A DNA stretch of 64,000 nt from Iphione sp. A-MEVVRFRX5 (lineage: Eukaryota): the NCBI GenBank assembly GCA_976226885.1, contig OZ320323.1:39060001-39124000 (forward strand), in the 5' to 3' direction. Below the pieces are notes generated by a model that was not told the DNA's origin, did no database searches, and saw nothing but the letters and a program-made list of their open reading frames with translations. Shown here in pieces: positions 14,236 to 29,200 of the stretch. Each line of letters begins with the position of its first letter. The stretch's first letter is position 1. The translations under genes were made by a program, and so were the position numbers.

Positions 14236-17200
14236 TCCCCCTGGCCTTTCACCACACATGGAGAGGTGCAGAAAATCGGCCGAATTTCTGGAACTTTCTG
14301 CACTGACACACATCCATGGAAAGCAGACCTTACAGTTAGTTATTGACTAACATCAAAAGCAGCTCATGCCATGAAGTGTACAGGAGTCCTCTGTATGTAT
14401 AGACAGTTAACCAGCCTCATAAGGGGCATTTTAGATGTGTCCATTCTTCATGCTAATGGATACATTGATGTGAGTGTGTGAACAAGTGGACTTTGATTAT
14501 AACCAACTATTCACATGTATACACTGTTCATGCTAAAAGATTTATTTGTGTTCCACCAGCCGGCCAGGATGGACTATAATGCAAACAGATGTTTTAACAG
14601 TAGACATCTATAGTGTCTCCTCCAATCTGGACATCTGGAAGTCATTAGTTCAGGGACAGCCATCCAAGTATAATACAAAGGATCACCTTCATTCTTTCAG
14701 ACAATTCGTGCATGAAAAAAAACCCTGAGGCTCTCTCCCTGAGACAGATTTATGATGATACAAAATAAGGAGTAATGCAAGGCATGGGTATGAGGTGTTC
14801 AGGAAACAGGAAATTCTTTTTATCTTTTTATTTACCTAGGTTAATACAGGTGGCAGCAGTGTATAAGTGAATACATATCATAACATCTCCCTCCTCCAGA
14901 TCTTTTGTTTGTATGAAAAGAAGAAAAAATAGGTACAAAGCTATATGTTAAGTTAATGAGGCCATAAGGTCAACCTCTAGCCCTTGGCTAGTGGGGTTTC
15001 CCCTTTAGCTCAGATGGTTAGGTGTTGGCCTCTCATGCCAAAGGTCTGGGGTTCAATTCCCCACTGGTGCTAGTTCCCCAAGACCGGAAAAGTCTTCATA
15101 AACTAAAATATATGTCTAGGTAAACAAGCTCTGACAAAGGTAAGGTCACATAGTACTTGTAATCAACTCAAATGCCAATTACAAAAATCCAAGTCAATTC
15201 ATAGATCAAGTTATTTGGGAGGATATACTAAACAACCAGATCTAGTTGTGGAGTGGCTTCCCGGATCTGCCACAGTGCTAAACACATGTTCAGGTGCTGC
15301 ATTTGGTGTTTTGCTCTGCTGTTATTAACACCCTGCTTGGCAGGCTCAGTAATGTCTACAAAGTTATCATTTGTGGATTGACATGCTACAAAACTTTCAA
15401 CAGTTGTTCCTATGTGCCATTACTTTCTATGATACTATGAACCAGATGTTCTAGTTGTAACATGAGACTTTGGTTCACCTTTTGTTTTGTCTACAACAGC
15501 AGGTTCTCACTTTTTGGTGTGCTGGTCTTAAACTTGGACACTCTGTCCTTCATGCAGCTCCTTCAGTGGCTTGGCATGCTGATTGTGCTAATATTGCCGA
15601 TTGGAATTTCTAGCAGCTTTGTGATGTTTTTCCTGAGTTGTGACCACAGGTAAGTCAGTCTGAATTCTGCAGTTCAATGGTATTTCAGCAGGTGAGGGGA
15701 TTTTGCTTCAACAGGTGTTGAAAGAAGATATAGGAGTGCCATAGCAGGGTCTTCATCAGCTTAACAAATGTTCTCAAGAGTTTTCTTGACAGTGTCAATG
15801 AACCTCTTTGCCTTTCCATTACACTATAGATATCCTGGACTGTTTATCTCATGCCTGAAGTTGAACTCAATTGTGAATGTATGGAGTTTACTCAAGTCAT
15901 CCTGTTTGGCATTATCACTGATGAAAGTATTTAGAATGCCAAATTCTAAAAAGATGATTTCCAGTTTGCTTATGATGCCATCAGGTGTTGTGAAAGTTAG
16001 TTTGCAAACAATGTCATGCCTGCTGTAGTAGTTAACAGCTAACAGATATTCTTTGCCTCTCCAGTGGAACATGTCTGATACAATAATGCGCCATGGATGG
16101 ATGACTTCAATGTGTATCAGCTGCTTCTTTGGCTATGCTGACATGCACTACATTTTCTTACCATGCCGTCAATATCACCGTTGATACCATACCAGAACAC
16201 AGGTTTATATGTTCTCAGATGACATTCCTCAATGCCTTGATGTCCAGTGTATGCATCATTTGGAGTATTTCATATTGCATTTCCTTTTGGATGTTTCATC
16301 AAAATCTGGGGAGCCTCATCATTCTGTGGTGCATTTCTTGATCTTTATGTTGATACACATCCAATGTCATGGATGATAAAGTCAATGTCCTTGACTTTTT
16401 TACCTTTTACTGGTAGTCAAGGAAGTCCATCAGTTACAGTATAGGTTTTCTAGGTACATACTTCTTGGCAAAATCATACTTCTGAATGAAAAGTAACATC
16501 CTCATCAGTCTTGGTGGTGCACAGGTAAGAGGTTTCTTTATGATAGACTCATATGATTTATTATGAGTCACAATGAGTGCATGATGACCATATACATAAT
16601 GACCATATACAAAATAGTCATAATGCAACTGTTCATGTACTTGCCACTGTTATTGAGATTTATCCTTGCAACATGGCGCAACGCAAGCCTTCTAATGCAC
16701 AGTTAAGATATCTGGCAAGTGGTCTTGGTGATTGACAGGGTCTCTGGTTTGAAGTTGACTTTCAGATGTGTAGTTCCTTGTATGTCCTCCTTTTAGTGAG
16801 TCGTGTGTATTCTTTATCCTATATTCTCACAATGCTGTATCTTGAAGGGTGGATGCATGCTCACAGTGTCATGTATATTTATGATGATACAAAATAAGAA
16901 GCCATGTAAGCCATGCCATGTATATGAGGAGTTTAGGTAAAAGGAAGTACTTTTTCTTTTTTATTTACCTAGGTTGAAACAAGTGGCTACAGTGTATGAG
17001 TGAATACAGGCAGCAGGGATACACACATCCTGGAAGATGCTAGATGGTTGTCTAGATGACTCACTTCCAAGGGAGGTTATCCTTGACCCGAGTGTTGGAG
17101 GATTGGATCCCTCTCCCTAGGAGAGTACCTTAATTACCTCCTTAATACTAGTGGCTGCTTCAGCTATTCCATTGTTGGGGGGCATTATTTAAAACACCTC

Positions 17201-20200
17201 AACCTTTTAAGGGTTGTCTAACCAAATACCTGTATCCTGTAGTGATTTTGTTTGATACTTGTTATAGCATTAAATGCATTGAAAATGTTCACCTGTTATT
17301 TTTTTATAAATGTTATATCACAATGACTAGTGTTAAGTCATGATTACAAGACAAGGAGATCACTGCACCATTTCGAGACTACATAACTGCAGTGAGTGTA
17401 CATTCCAATAGCATCACTTAAGGCAAGTGACATACCACACAAGCAGTGGTTGCAAGCAGAGTATAAACATCAGTATTTATAGATCAGAACATTAAAGACA
17501 AAATGTGCTGCAATCCTCCATGTAGGCTACCTTTGATGTAAATACACATAAGCCTGTGATGGTGGGGCAAACCACCACTCGACACACCACATCAACTCTT
17601 CAACCATTACACTCTGCAGTCTTTATGTACAGACATCACCTACATAGCAAGTTGTGAGTTTCTTGGCTACATTACATGTTCCATAGAGGTTGCTACCAAT
17701 ACATTAAACTATCATAGGGAAGAAGTATTAGTTTATATGAATATGCCTCTCTCAGTTTTCCTGATATCTTACCAGCTGGTAGACATTCAACATTCTCAGT
17801 GAAAAATTTATTGTAGAAGGTAGGAAAAGAACTATCAGTTAAAATAAACATGCCTCTCTCAGTTTTTCTGATATCTTACCAGTTGGTAGGCATTCAACAT
17901 TCTCAGTGAAGAATGTATTGTAGGAGGTACGGTAGACTCCCTTTTTCATTGCTATCTCTAACATAGCAGATGTTGGGTCCAGTGCATCTATTGTTTGGAA
18001 TCCCCGCTTTTGTAACTGTGAAAAATAAAATCACTTAAGTCAGTGACCAAGACCAGTGACCAGTCCTAACTGGCTTTAAGTGTGATATTTTTTTGAGCCT
18101 TGTCATCTATATTTTTATTCTTTGGAACTGGTGGAATAAAATGGTGTTAAAAGTAAATGTACTTGATTGATAATGTTTTCTTTTATTAATGAGACTTAAT
18201 CTATGATAAATGTAAGCTTTTCTTACTCAGTAGAACCTTATGCCTACAGATTGTGCTGAAACAATAGAGGGCCTGCTTTTCAGCATTTTATAGAGTACAA
18301 TTAAAAATCCTGAAAACACACTCCATCAGAGGATCTATCTGTATTTACTGCTGAGTGAATTTGTACAATGCTTGTCACATCATAAATCTTTCAACATAAA
18401 TACATAACCCACACATCATATGCAGGTCTGTAGTTCAATCCTATGTGTAAGAGAAGAGAGAACACTGTTCTAATATGTTCCATCAATAATATTCACACAT
18501 AGGAAACATTTGTGATATATACATAGTCCTCCAGTAAGCCAACACCTAATTTATTACAATACTAGTATACTTGCTGTACTATGTAATTTATAAAGTGAGG
18601 TGTCCTGATGATCGGACCCTCTGGGTATGTTTGCTATGGCTGGTCAGCCCATGTGTATAAAAGGGACCTCTTTGTATGACCTTAGAGTTATACAAAGCTG
18701 CACTGGGGCTGGAGTTCTACTAATAGTGCCATAAATGTGTGCAGATGTGAACTGTTTTTTAGTTTGATAAAGTTAATGCACAAAGTTTTGTGCTACCTCA
18801 AATCATGACTGTTTATAGAAAGCAAAGACAATTTTATAAGGATCATAAGGCTCTTTCATCACTTATTCAAAGGGATATTTATACAAGATTATTATGGTTC
18901 AAATTAAAAGGCAGAACTTTGAATGTGTTAGATGTATTTTCTGTCTGTGTATATATAATATATAGTGTATTCTACAAGTGACTGACATTTGTGATTTGTG
19001 TTTTGAGTACTTTCTTAATCTTACCTCTTCACCAACAAAACCTGTCCCAGCTCCTATATCCAGGATGACGACGTTGCAGTTGCCCTTAACATAATGGTTG
19101 ATGGCTTCTGCACATTTAGATGGCCCAAGATAGTTTTCAAGTAGAAACTTGAAGAGAAGAATATAATTTTAGACTTTTTTTACTTTAAGAGACTATTTTA
19201 ACAATAACTGCATGAACCCCAGGTGACTACCTAAACAGGGGATTTTCACTGCCATTCTCAAACATAATCTCCTACTTATGATATACAGCAGAAATTCTCC
19301 TTAAAATCTAAACTAATATAACATATGCCTGGTGTTAGACATGCAATGGCTAAGAAAATCACTAAATTCACCACAGAAATACCTGGTTCGCTCCAATGCA
19401 GAACTCTGAAGAGTGTAACTCTCTCAAAGTGTGTGTGAGAGAATGTCTGTTCATTGAGAAAAAGTACAGCCTTATATATACTGGGCAAATCACATGACAA
19501 TGTTATTCTGGGAGAAAGTTACATAAGATAATTGACAGAAAAAACAATTTCTTCATTCCTGTTTGGTTGCTCTGGCAACAATAACAGATCAAGTACTGGA
19601 GCACCTTAACAGAGCAGTCACATAACCTGCTCTGGTACCCATCACAATGCTCGTAACTGTTAATGCTCCTGAACCAACCCTGGTGGGACATGGCCTGTCT
19701 CCACTACACTTAAGACACACATTAAGTAGGTATTTTTTTGTTGAATTTTCAAAATCTCTAATATTTTGGGAAAGAATTGATCTCTAATAAGGTGTTCTAC
19801 AAAATGCAGAACCATAAGTGTGGGGATTGCACTTTTAGGGGGATCTGATCCTTCTTGCACACCTTCTAAAAGGATAGTGATAATATAACAAGAAAGTGGA
19901 TAAATTCTTTCAAGGAGGGAAAAAATATGGACTGAACCAAGCTAAATAAGTATAACTTCAATAAAGAAAAGCACAACATATATATATATATATATATGTG
20001 TGTTTGGTTATGCTGCCTTTGGTGAATCAAAACATTATTTTTTCCCGTAACATAAGCAACTTTTCTAAAGAAAGGTAGGAGCAGTTAAGCAGGCTCCTCT
20101 GTAACATTACAGTAAAGCTTTGCTATTCTGACAATGCTTGGGACTAAGTAATTATGCCTACAATAGCGAAGGTGGTGGAATAGAGGGGAGCTGTGTGGAC

Positions 20201-23200
20201 TTCTGAGGATATCAGGAGGACAGCCAAGGATGGGAGAGCACCTGATGGGGTGTTGGAACTTCTAAAGGTGACAAGAGGATTGTAACACAGTGTGTTAGAA
20301 GTAACAACGTTAATATCCATAAGATTATGATATGCACAAGTGATTGGGATACTTAACAAACTGTTCTTATTTTGACTTTACTCGAGTAACGTTATGCAAC
20401 AATTGAGATAATGTTCTGCTGGGCCATGTTATTAAATGGCACCATTGAGGATATCAACACTGGCAGTTTTGGGTAGAGCAAACAGTAATAAGACATGTAG
20501 AACCGATATGTGGACATAACAAAAAGGTACCACTTAATGGAGATCTCAGTAGTCTGTTTCCCCAAGTGTTGACAAGCAGAACCTGGTAAAGACATCCATC
20601 AAGTAGAGTTGTGACCTAAGGTCAGGGGTTTAATTGAAAATTGACCAGGAGGTACCCAGGTCAGGTCTTAAGGTAAGAGATCATATGAACTCTGACCAAA
20701 GGTTATAAACTCTGACCAAATTGTTGTGATGAATGACTATATGGTCATGAACTGATGGTGTATAACAATTATGATTTCTCCTGTCTTTTTGGAGAGCTCT
20801 GAAGATCTGGCTTGTACGTATCTTCTATGCCGAATAAAGAAAACTAAACTGGAAGCCTTGGTCATTTTAAATTGTGTTACAGGCTGACCAAGGATGGCGG
20901 AGCACCTCAGGAGAGCTGTGGAGACATTTAAGAGCAACAAGAGTCGCACCTGGAGAGAAGTGTGAAATTCTAAGAGTGACAGGAGGATGGTCGAGGATGG
21001 GGATAGCACCTGACATGGTGTGGAGAGTTCTAAGACCAACTGTAGGAGGGCCAAGGATGGGGGTAGCATCTGACGAGGTGTAGTGAGTTCTAAGAGTGAC
21101 AGGAGGATGTTCGAGGATGGGGGAGCGCCTATTGTAATTTTCAAACATCTGAAAATATTATGGTGTTTGATGAAGATAGTACTCATAAATAGAAAAGGAA
21201 AAAAGTCAACTTACAGAGTTGAGTTTAAAGAAGAGTGACAATGTATCACTCAAGTAGGAAGAGGATATTTTATTAAAAGACTTGTTCTTGCAGATTAGGA
21301 AACAAAATACAGTTGAATGACATTAAGAAATTAGGATAGATTAAAGTTGTGAAAATGATGCTATATAGCAAAGCAAAAGAATTGAGGTAACAAAGACTAG
21401 ATGTGAAATCTTCTGTATTTGCAGATGCATTGGAGGATGTACAGTTAGGACTCAATAACCGCATACTGGAAAACCAAATCATCTGAAATCGGGATGGTTT
21501 TTGCTGGAACGAATCGTATTTCACTATATACATATTCAGATGACCAAAATATTTCATTCCCAAATCCAAACGCTTTTCTTTGATAAAATTACATTATAGT
21601 TGTATTCAAAAACTGTATGCTCCTCTTTCAAAGGGATAGCTGTTGGTTGAGGAGTTCGGGCCTCACTTCGGTGTTTCCTACTGCTCCCCTCCCCCTAGCC
21701 CTTCAATGGGTTAGCTACCAGAAAAATCCAAAATTTGAATGAAATTGGCAGAAACGGTGACTATTCGGTTTTTGAGTTGTGACTGTACACAAAGACAGAG
21801 GAAGTATAGTATATTTGTGGATGGCCTATTATGCCCAAAATGAGAATGTTTATGATGGAGCCATTGTTTTATTTAAAAGGATGAATGTTAAAAAGAAGTA
21901 GAGCAGACTTGGACATTGCATACTGGCAAAAAAGCAGAGATGGTTGATCAATATTGTATATGAGAGTCTCCTTCCTTGAGGCTAAGCAAAGAGTAATGCT
22001 AGCAAGAAAGGAATTGAAGGGTATGGACATATAGGTAAATGATGAACCTGGAAACCAGTATTGAGGTCACAAAAATGTTCAAAGAATCCAAAAATAGATC
22101 AGGTATAGCAGTCCATCTCTCTCTCTCTCTCTATATATATATATACATATATATATAACAGAACACGGTGACTGCACACGAATTGTGGAATGTGTATGTG
22201 TATGCCATGGCCAAGGCTGAGGGAAATGGTAATGTGGCCGAGTGGTATTTCTGGCCAAAACTCAGGCAACAATAAACACGCATAAGGGTCACACAAACCC
22301 AACAGACAAAGAGGACAATGACAAAATAGGAGTTATGGAAGGATTATTAACAGCCAAATATGATCAGTGTTTGGAAACACAGCAGAAGTTACAGGCAATC
22401 GAACAGATGATTCTCACTGAGGCCGCTCACGACACATTCTGAGGAGCAGGTGTACCACTTTATTCGAAGTCATTATTCACAGGTTAGTTCCATGGAAAAA
22501 TCACCTAATTACCACCTAAGAGTACTTGATTCAGTAAAGTCATGTTTTTGATAGGTAACTGAGATGTAATTAGCTTGAAATTATGACAATTATGGTTACC
22601 CACCCCTACCTAGGGTTTTGGCTGGTTGTAACCTGAAACAGACCTATTTTTTTGAGTGGGGGGCCTAAGTGCTAGTACCTGGGATGAATCACTATGAAGG
22701 GAGGTATGGGTTAACAGGAAATTTATCACAGAAAGCATGCAAGGGTACTATTATTAGATCAGAATGATTTATGATTTCCCAAATGGAATACTAAAATAAG
22801 AGGTTATTTTAATGGCAGATAGTTACAGAAGAGGATTAAAAAGACTATTTTAATTTTATGGCTGTCCCATTGAGGTGTTGTACTGTCCAAAAGCCAGGAT
22901 AAAAAACAGAGCAGTTAAATTTGTTACAGTGGTCTTTCCATATGCACCAGATGTTTTTGATGTACAGAGAGAATTCAAAAACCGAATGATTGCCATTTCT
23001 GCTAAAATCATTCAGTTTTTGGATAATTCGGATTTCGAATTGTGGCAAATCCCATGGAGAAATTGCCAAAAAACAACTATTTCATGGAGATTTTGGCAAA
23101 TTCCATGGAGAAAGTGCAAAAAAACATCAAATTTCAGGGAGAAAGTGCCAAAAAACAGTGAATTTCCAGGAGAATGTAATCCTTGGGAGAGATCTCATCA

Positions 23201-26200
23201 AATGGTTGTGTCTACCTTTGATTATAATGAACCTGGAGGAGAGTGACCAGGCTCAACATCTTGGGCTCACCGAGGTGCGAGCTCATCAAACAGTAGCAAA
23301 CACAGGGGAGAGCAACTGGGCTTTCAGTCATCTCGCCGAGGTGCAAGCTCCATCAAATGGTAGCCTTTGATTTTAATGAACTTGGGGAAGAACATTCAGT
23401 TTTTGAATATAATTTCTATGTATTTTGACCAAATAACAGCATTCAGATTCAGAAATTGCATATTTTAGATATCTGAGTAGCTAAATACAGGGAAACGGTT
23501 GGTTCCCAGAAATATCATTCATAATCAGAGAAATTCGGTTTTTGAGTGTTTGGATTTGGAGTCACCTCTGTACTAGGTGGGGGAAATGACCTTACTAGAA
23601 GGGTTAGGCTGATCTTGGTTTTAATAAACAATAGGGGACTCAAAGAATGAAGAGTGATTAAAGAGATGTTGAATTTTATATACATCTCCTTAAATAACAA
23701 CTACAACTACATATTTGGTTGTTTTGAAGGTTTCTAAAAGCTTTTAGATTCAGTATCACATAGAGCAATTCTAATTCAATACAAAATTGTGAAATGGAAA
23801 TCTTGGATTGATTTAGAAAGTTCGGTAGAAAGCAGAGATAACTGATGTTTTTTCCAATTTGGGAAAGTCACAGGGTCAGTGTTACTACTGGCCTTATTCC
23901 AAATCTTCATCAATTCCTTACCAGAGTATATGAGACGCACAAAATGTACATTATGTATGCAGATGATGTATTATTGTTAGAAAAGGTGACACAAGAATCC
24001 AAAAAGTGTAATACCCGAGGCTATTGATTTCTTGGTAAAGTGGGTAAGGGGAAGTAAGATAAGTATAAATAAACCAAAACCTCAATGTAAAAGTTTTGTA
24101 CAGTTGAAACACTGTTTACGACCACCCCTCTGGACCAAGCTCAACTGGTCGTAGTGGCAAATTTGGTCATAAATTGATTATTGTTAATTATAGAAATCAA
24201 TATATTAATTCCCACCTCAAAATGGTCGTAATATCAAAAATGGTTGGAAATTGATGCAGTTGCAAAAAGAGAGTCCACTGTAAATATTAAGAAATTAAGC
24301 CAGATTAACTGCTGGATGATGAAAAAGTTTAAAATATCAGTAGTATCACTTATTTCAAGAGTAGGATAGACTTAAAACTAAGTTGGAAACAATATGCTAA
24401 GAATGTATTGATTAAAGGGTATGGGAATTTGGATTATTTTAAAATAATAAGAAAGTTCATGAATAAATGAATGGTTATCAAATCGTTACAAACTATGCTT
24501 CTACCTGCAATATGGTCTGGGAATTATGTAATGGTAAACAAAAATACATGATATTATATGGAGTTGATAATGTTGAGGCAGGGATTATATGCAGTGGCAC
24601 ACACTACAAGGAGGGAAAAACTAGTGCCAAATAGAAAGATTCTAGGACGGGAGTTTAAAGAGACATTAGACAACATAATATTGTGTTTTGAGTAAAACAG
24701 AGTAATATTCAGAGACAACATAGTATTGAATATGTTTGTGCCAGGAACGAGAAATATAAGAATAGTATACAATTGAGATCTCAATAATAATGGTGTGGAT
24801 TCATGGTGGCTATCTGATAAGTACTCTGATAGTGCGTTGGAACAGTTGGGATATACTTTATATCATCTTGATAGAGGATGTAATAAAGGGGGAGGTTTAC
24901 TTATCTCTTTCAAACTTCCTTATCAATAGGTATAGTAGTTCTTAAACCAAGATCATATATTCATAGAAATATTGAGCTAGAGTAGTTAAGAATTAGTAAT
25001 AAAAAAATCAGCAGACATACAATTTGCACATTATATCATCCCCCATCTGGTATTCTGTCAGCTCCTCACGATCGGCTTGGAGAACAAAATTTCATTAATC
25101 AGAAAAGGGAACTTTCACAGAAGAGTCATCTTAATAGATGATATCAATGTTGATACTGTACATCAGGCAAGGTATCTACAAACACTATCAGAATTTAGAA
25201 CTAATTCTGGTCTAAGGCAAGTTATTAAGGAAAATACTAGGGTTACTGTGAGTTCTAGAACTTTAATTGATTTGGTGTTTACTGATGTTGCAATGTCCAC
25301 TATTGAAAGCTTGGTGATAGGCTACACAATAAGTGATCATAATATGTCATATACTGATTTAACTACTGATATATTAAGCGAGAAAACTGAGGCTAGTTAT
25401 TGTAAGTGGTCATGCATGATGTCACAGATCCTTAGGGACATGATATCCTGTTATAAATGAGAGAGCCTGCAATGGCTATAAAGCGTGCAGGCTAAATGGG
25501 ACTTGATTGAATCCGTTTTTAGGTGTCTCCTGGATGCATTTGTCCCCATTAATATCAGGAGAAAAGAAGCTATAATGCCAGAGTGGTATACAAGGTTCAG
25601 ATTCAGATTCAGATTCTTTATTCAACTTCTCCAACGTACATCAGAGCTATCATCGTTGATATTTCAGACAGGTGCAAAATAAAAAAACTGGTGTATACAT
25701 ATAATGTCGACCAAAGGTCATACAATTCTCATCATCAAGACAATCAGCAGTGTCAGAAAAAGTCCTCTGCATATAACAGTGTACAGTACCAGCAGATGGT
25801 AAAATACTATATCTCGAATAAATCTACTAATTTCCCTCCTACAGGTCTAATCTAATGCTCATTATGTATAGTATGCTGTTAGGCATCACATAAACATTGG
25901 TTACCAGATGCACAGTTTCAAGTGTAGTATGAACTGGGAATCACATGATTATTGTCATTGTCATGTGGATCACATAAGTTAATAAAATTTACATCTCAAT
26001 TTGCATCATCAATTGTTCTTTGTAGTGGCACATCACAGGTACTAAATCAGCAAAAGTTTCAACCTAATTAACATTGCAGACATGAATACGATAGTATATG
26101 GTACACTGGTGAGGTAATGGTTCAGACAGACAGAGTGTTAGTACTTGCTGTGTCTACTCCCATTCTGTGTGTATGTTGCTGGCTGTAATAATAGATAATT

Positions 26201-29200
26201 GCATCCTAACAGACCCAGTTTCAGTATGTTGACACTTACACACAGTACTGCATTTTGGTTGTTTTGTTCACAAATGGGATTAGTGTTGCATGCAGCTTGC
26301 AGTGTGAGTGTCCAGTGGAACATTTACTACTGTCGTTGGGTGCGTTTGGCAGGGCATCCCTCCTGTGAGATTCTCACTGACCCAAAGTGTTAATAGCTGG
26401 AGCATGCCTGGCATCATGCAATGCAGAGCCCCTCAGCCTGTCCATCTTCTTCAGGTGAATGGGGAGCAGGTTCCACTCCCTAAGACCCAGGTACCTTAGG
26501 GACTTGGTGTACCTGGTGCTCTTAGGCCTAGGCACAGTTCCACGGATCTCTTTACCCTGTCATGTTTTGGTCAACTTTTTTAGGGATATCAGCCCTAATC
26601 AGATCTGTTTGTGGATTGCACATAGGCCTTTTTGGGTGACGAGGTCCACTACCCATGTCACCCCCAACTTTCGATGTAGCTTTGCTGCAGACAGGTGGTT
26701 GTTGCCCTGTAGGCAGACTCAGGCACACCTATTAAGGTGTACCTGCAGGTCTACTGTTACTCTGCTTGGGAGGCCATACCATAGCACTGCATGGTATTGG
26801 TAGTGGGTGACAACTAGACTCTTGAAGAGCATTAGTCATGCATTCAATGGTAAGAAGCTTTTAGTTCTTCCTACCTTCAGCCACCCAGGTCTTCATTTTG
26901 ACCTCCTTGCAACACTCACGCATGTTCAGCCTCCCATCTAGCCTGTACCCTAGAAGTTTAGGGCTCTTGTCCAGGCATAGTGGCTGCCCACTTAGGGATA
27001 GATCCATGGGTATACCATGTGCTTTGGCTAGAGGGCAGTAGGTGCATTTAGGCGCACTCAAGACCAGCCCCTCTTGATGACACCACACAGAGACAGCATT
27101 TAGAGCCATTAGCGCAGTACCGCAGAGTCTTAGCAGATCATGGGCAAACACCACCACCGAAAGGTCATCAGCATAGATGACTGCCTTACAGTCCACCGGG
27201 AGTGACCCCACTATGCTGTTGATGGCCAAGTTGAATGCCACAGGGCCAAATATTGAGCCCTGTGGCACCCCTTGCTTAAGGACCCTTACTTGTGAGTCCT
27301 TCCCTGCACAATGTACGAACGGGCACCTATCATTCAGGTATGACCTAACCATCTTCCTTACTTTTGGACCAGCACCCATCTCACTTAGCCGATTCACAAC
27401 TGTTTGATGGGGTACCAGGTCAAAGGCCTTCTTTAGGTCAAAGGCAAGCAAGCAAGTGTAAAGTCCCTCATTTGTTAGGTCCTGGACATGGTTTACCAAG
27501 TTGACAATTGCTGTTTCAGTCCCTCTTCCAGCCCGGAAACCATGTTGGGTGGACGTTATTGAGCCGTTTGACTCTAGCCTCTCGACAATTTCTCTAGTGA
27601 ACCATCTTTCACAGAGCTTCAATTGCACTGGGAGAATAGAGACAGGATGGTAGTATGAGAGTCGGTCGACGTCTCCCTTTTTGTACACTGTAGTTACCCG
27701 TACACACTACCAACTCCTTGGTAACTGGCCAGTCCTGTAGATTTCTGCAAATAGCTAGGCTATGAAGTCGGGACAGAGTAGCAGTAGTGGCTTCAGAATC
27801 TTGGTACCTTTAATTCCAGAAGATTTCTGGACATTGATTGTTTCAACCAGCTTGTGGGCCTGTAAGGGAGTAGGAGGAACAATGTCAAATCCATCCAATA
27901 GTAAGTACCCATCAGTGTTCTCATCATGCTTGGCAGGCCCCGCCAGTCTTTCAACTTCTTCAATGAAGTAGTTATTGAATGATGTTGACAATGATTCTCC
28001 ATGTGCTCACTCCCAATCAGTACTGTCCGGTATTCTGGTAGTGAGATTAGGAGAGCATGGAGGGAATTTATCATGGGCAAGGCCTTATTGTATATAAAAT
28101 CTTTATTTATACTGGCAAGAATCATACATTCAGTATTTGCAGCCAGATTTTCAATACATCAAACTGAGATTACATACATTCATTCAATCTATACCGGAAC
28201 AACTAATTAAGGTAATAAAAAGAAAAATGAAAAGAAATGTAAAAGTAATTAGTTACTTAATCAATTAACTAATTAAATTAACCAGTTTTAGCTATGCTTC
28301 AGCATATATACTACAAAGTGTATTCAAAGCTCCTATCCATTAATATTATATCTTAGTCTAAGGGATGTGTAATTTTATATATAAGACCAATATTAATTAG
28401 ACCACGTCCATCCCAAGTAATGGAATAAGCACTTCATTCATTTTGTTTCAGTTTTTGGTATTAGACAACGTCCTTCCTGACCATTTTCCATGAGACAACG
28501 TCCATCATAACAATATCTCTCATTATTAATGCAAACTGTTGTTAAGTTTTCTATTATTCAACAATTCCACATATTATTGACAACATCCTTTCCTGGGTTA
28601 AGTTTTAGACCAATTAGAAGCCACTAGTTTAACACTTCATGATACCATATAATTCGACTTGATCCTTTTGTGGAGTTGTGTAGAATGGCCGAGTAGAGAA
28701 GACGTGTCTTGGTGCTCTCCCGGATTTCTCGCTCATATGTCAGCATGGGAAGGAAATGAATCAAACCAATTTCATCATCGGGGAATGGTAGTTCCATGCA
28801 ACTGAGATCGACGTCTCTAAATGACCTACGCCGCTCAACTCTAGAAGAAATGCATAAGAGGATGTCGGCAGATTTGAACATGAGCGACAATAGGGAGAAG
28901 GTCGACAATCAGCAGATGGATGCAGATATGAATCCTGGTAAGGAACCTGACAATGGTGACCACGCCAAGTCGATGGGTGTCAATGCGAGTGAACCCCGAA
29001 GTGACAGTCAAGACTGTGACTGCCATGAGCGGCTATCCAAACTCGAGGACACTGTGACTAATCTGAGACAATTTATCAACGTTGAGTTGAATAGGCTAAA
29101 AGAGGAACTAAACAGTGTTCGAGACGGCGGCGACTCAACTCAATCGGGAGATCGGGCGGATATTGATAAGCTGGTGGACAAGCTTCAGAGGGACATGGAG

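Noticed and set aside
14999-15070. Functional tRNA-Glu(CTC) gene
   Set aside because: The acceptor stem (TCCCCTT versus CTGGTGC) cannot pair and the D stem is broken.
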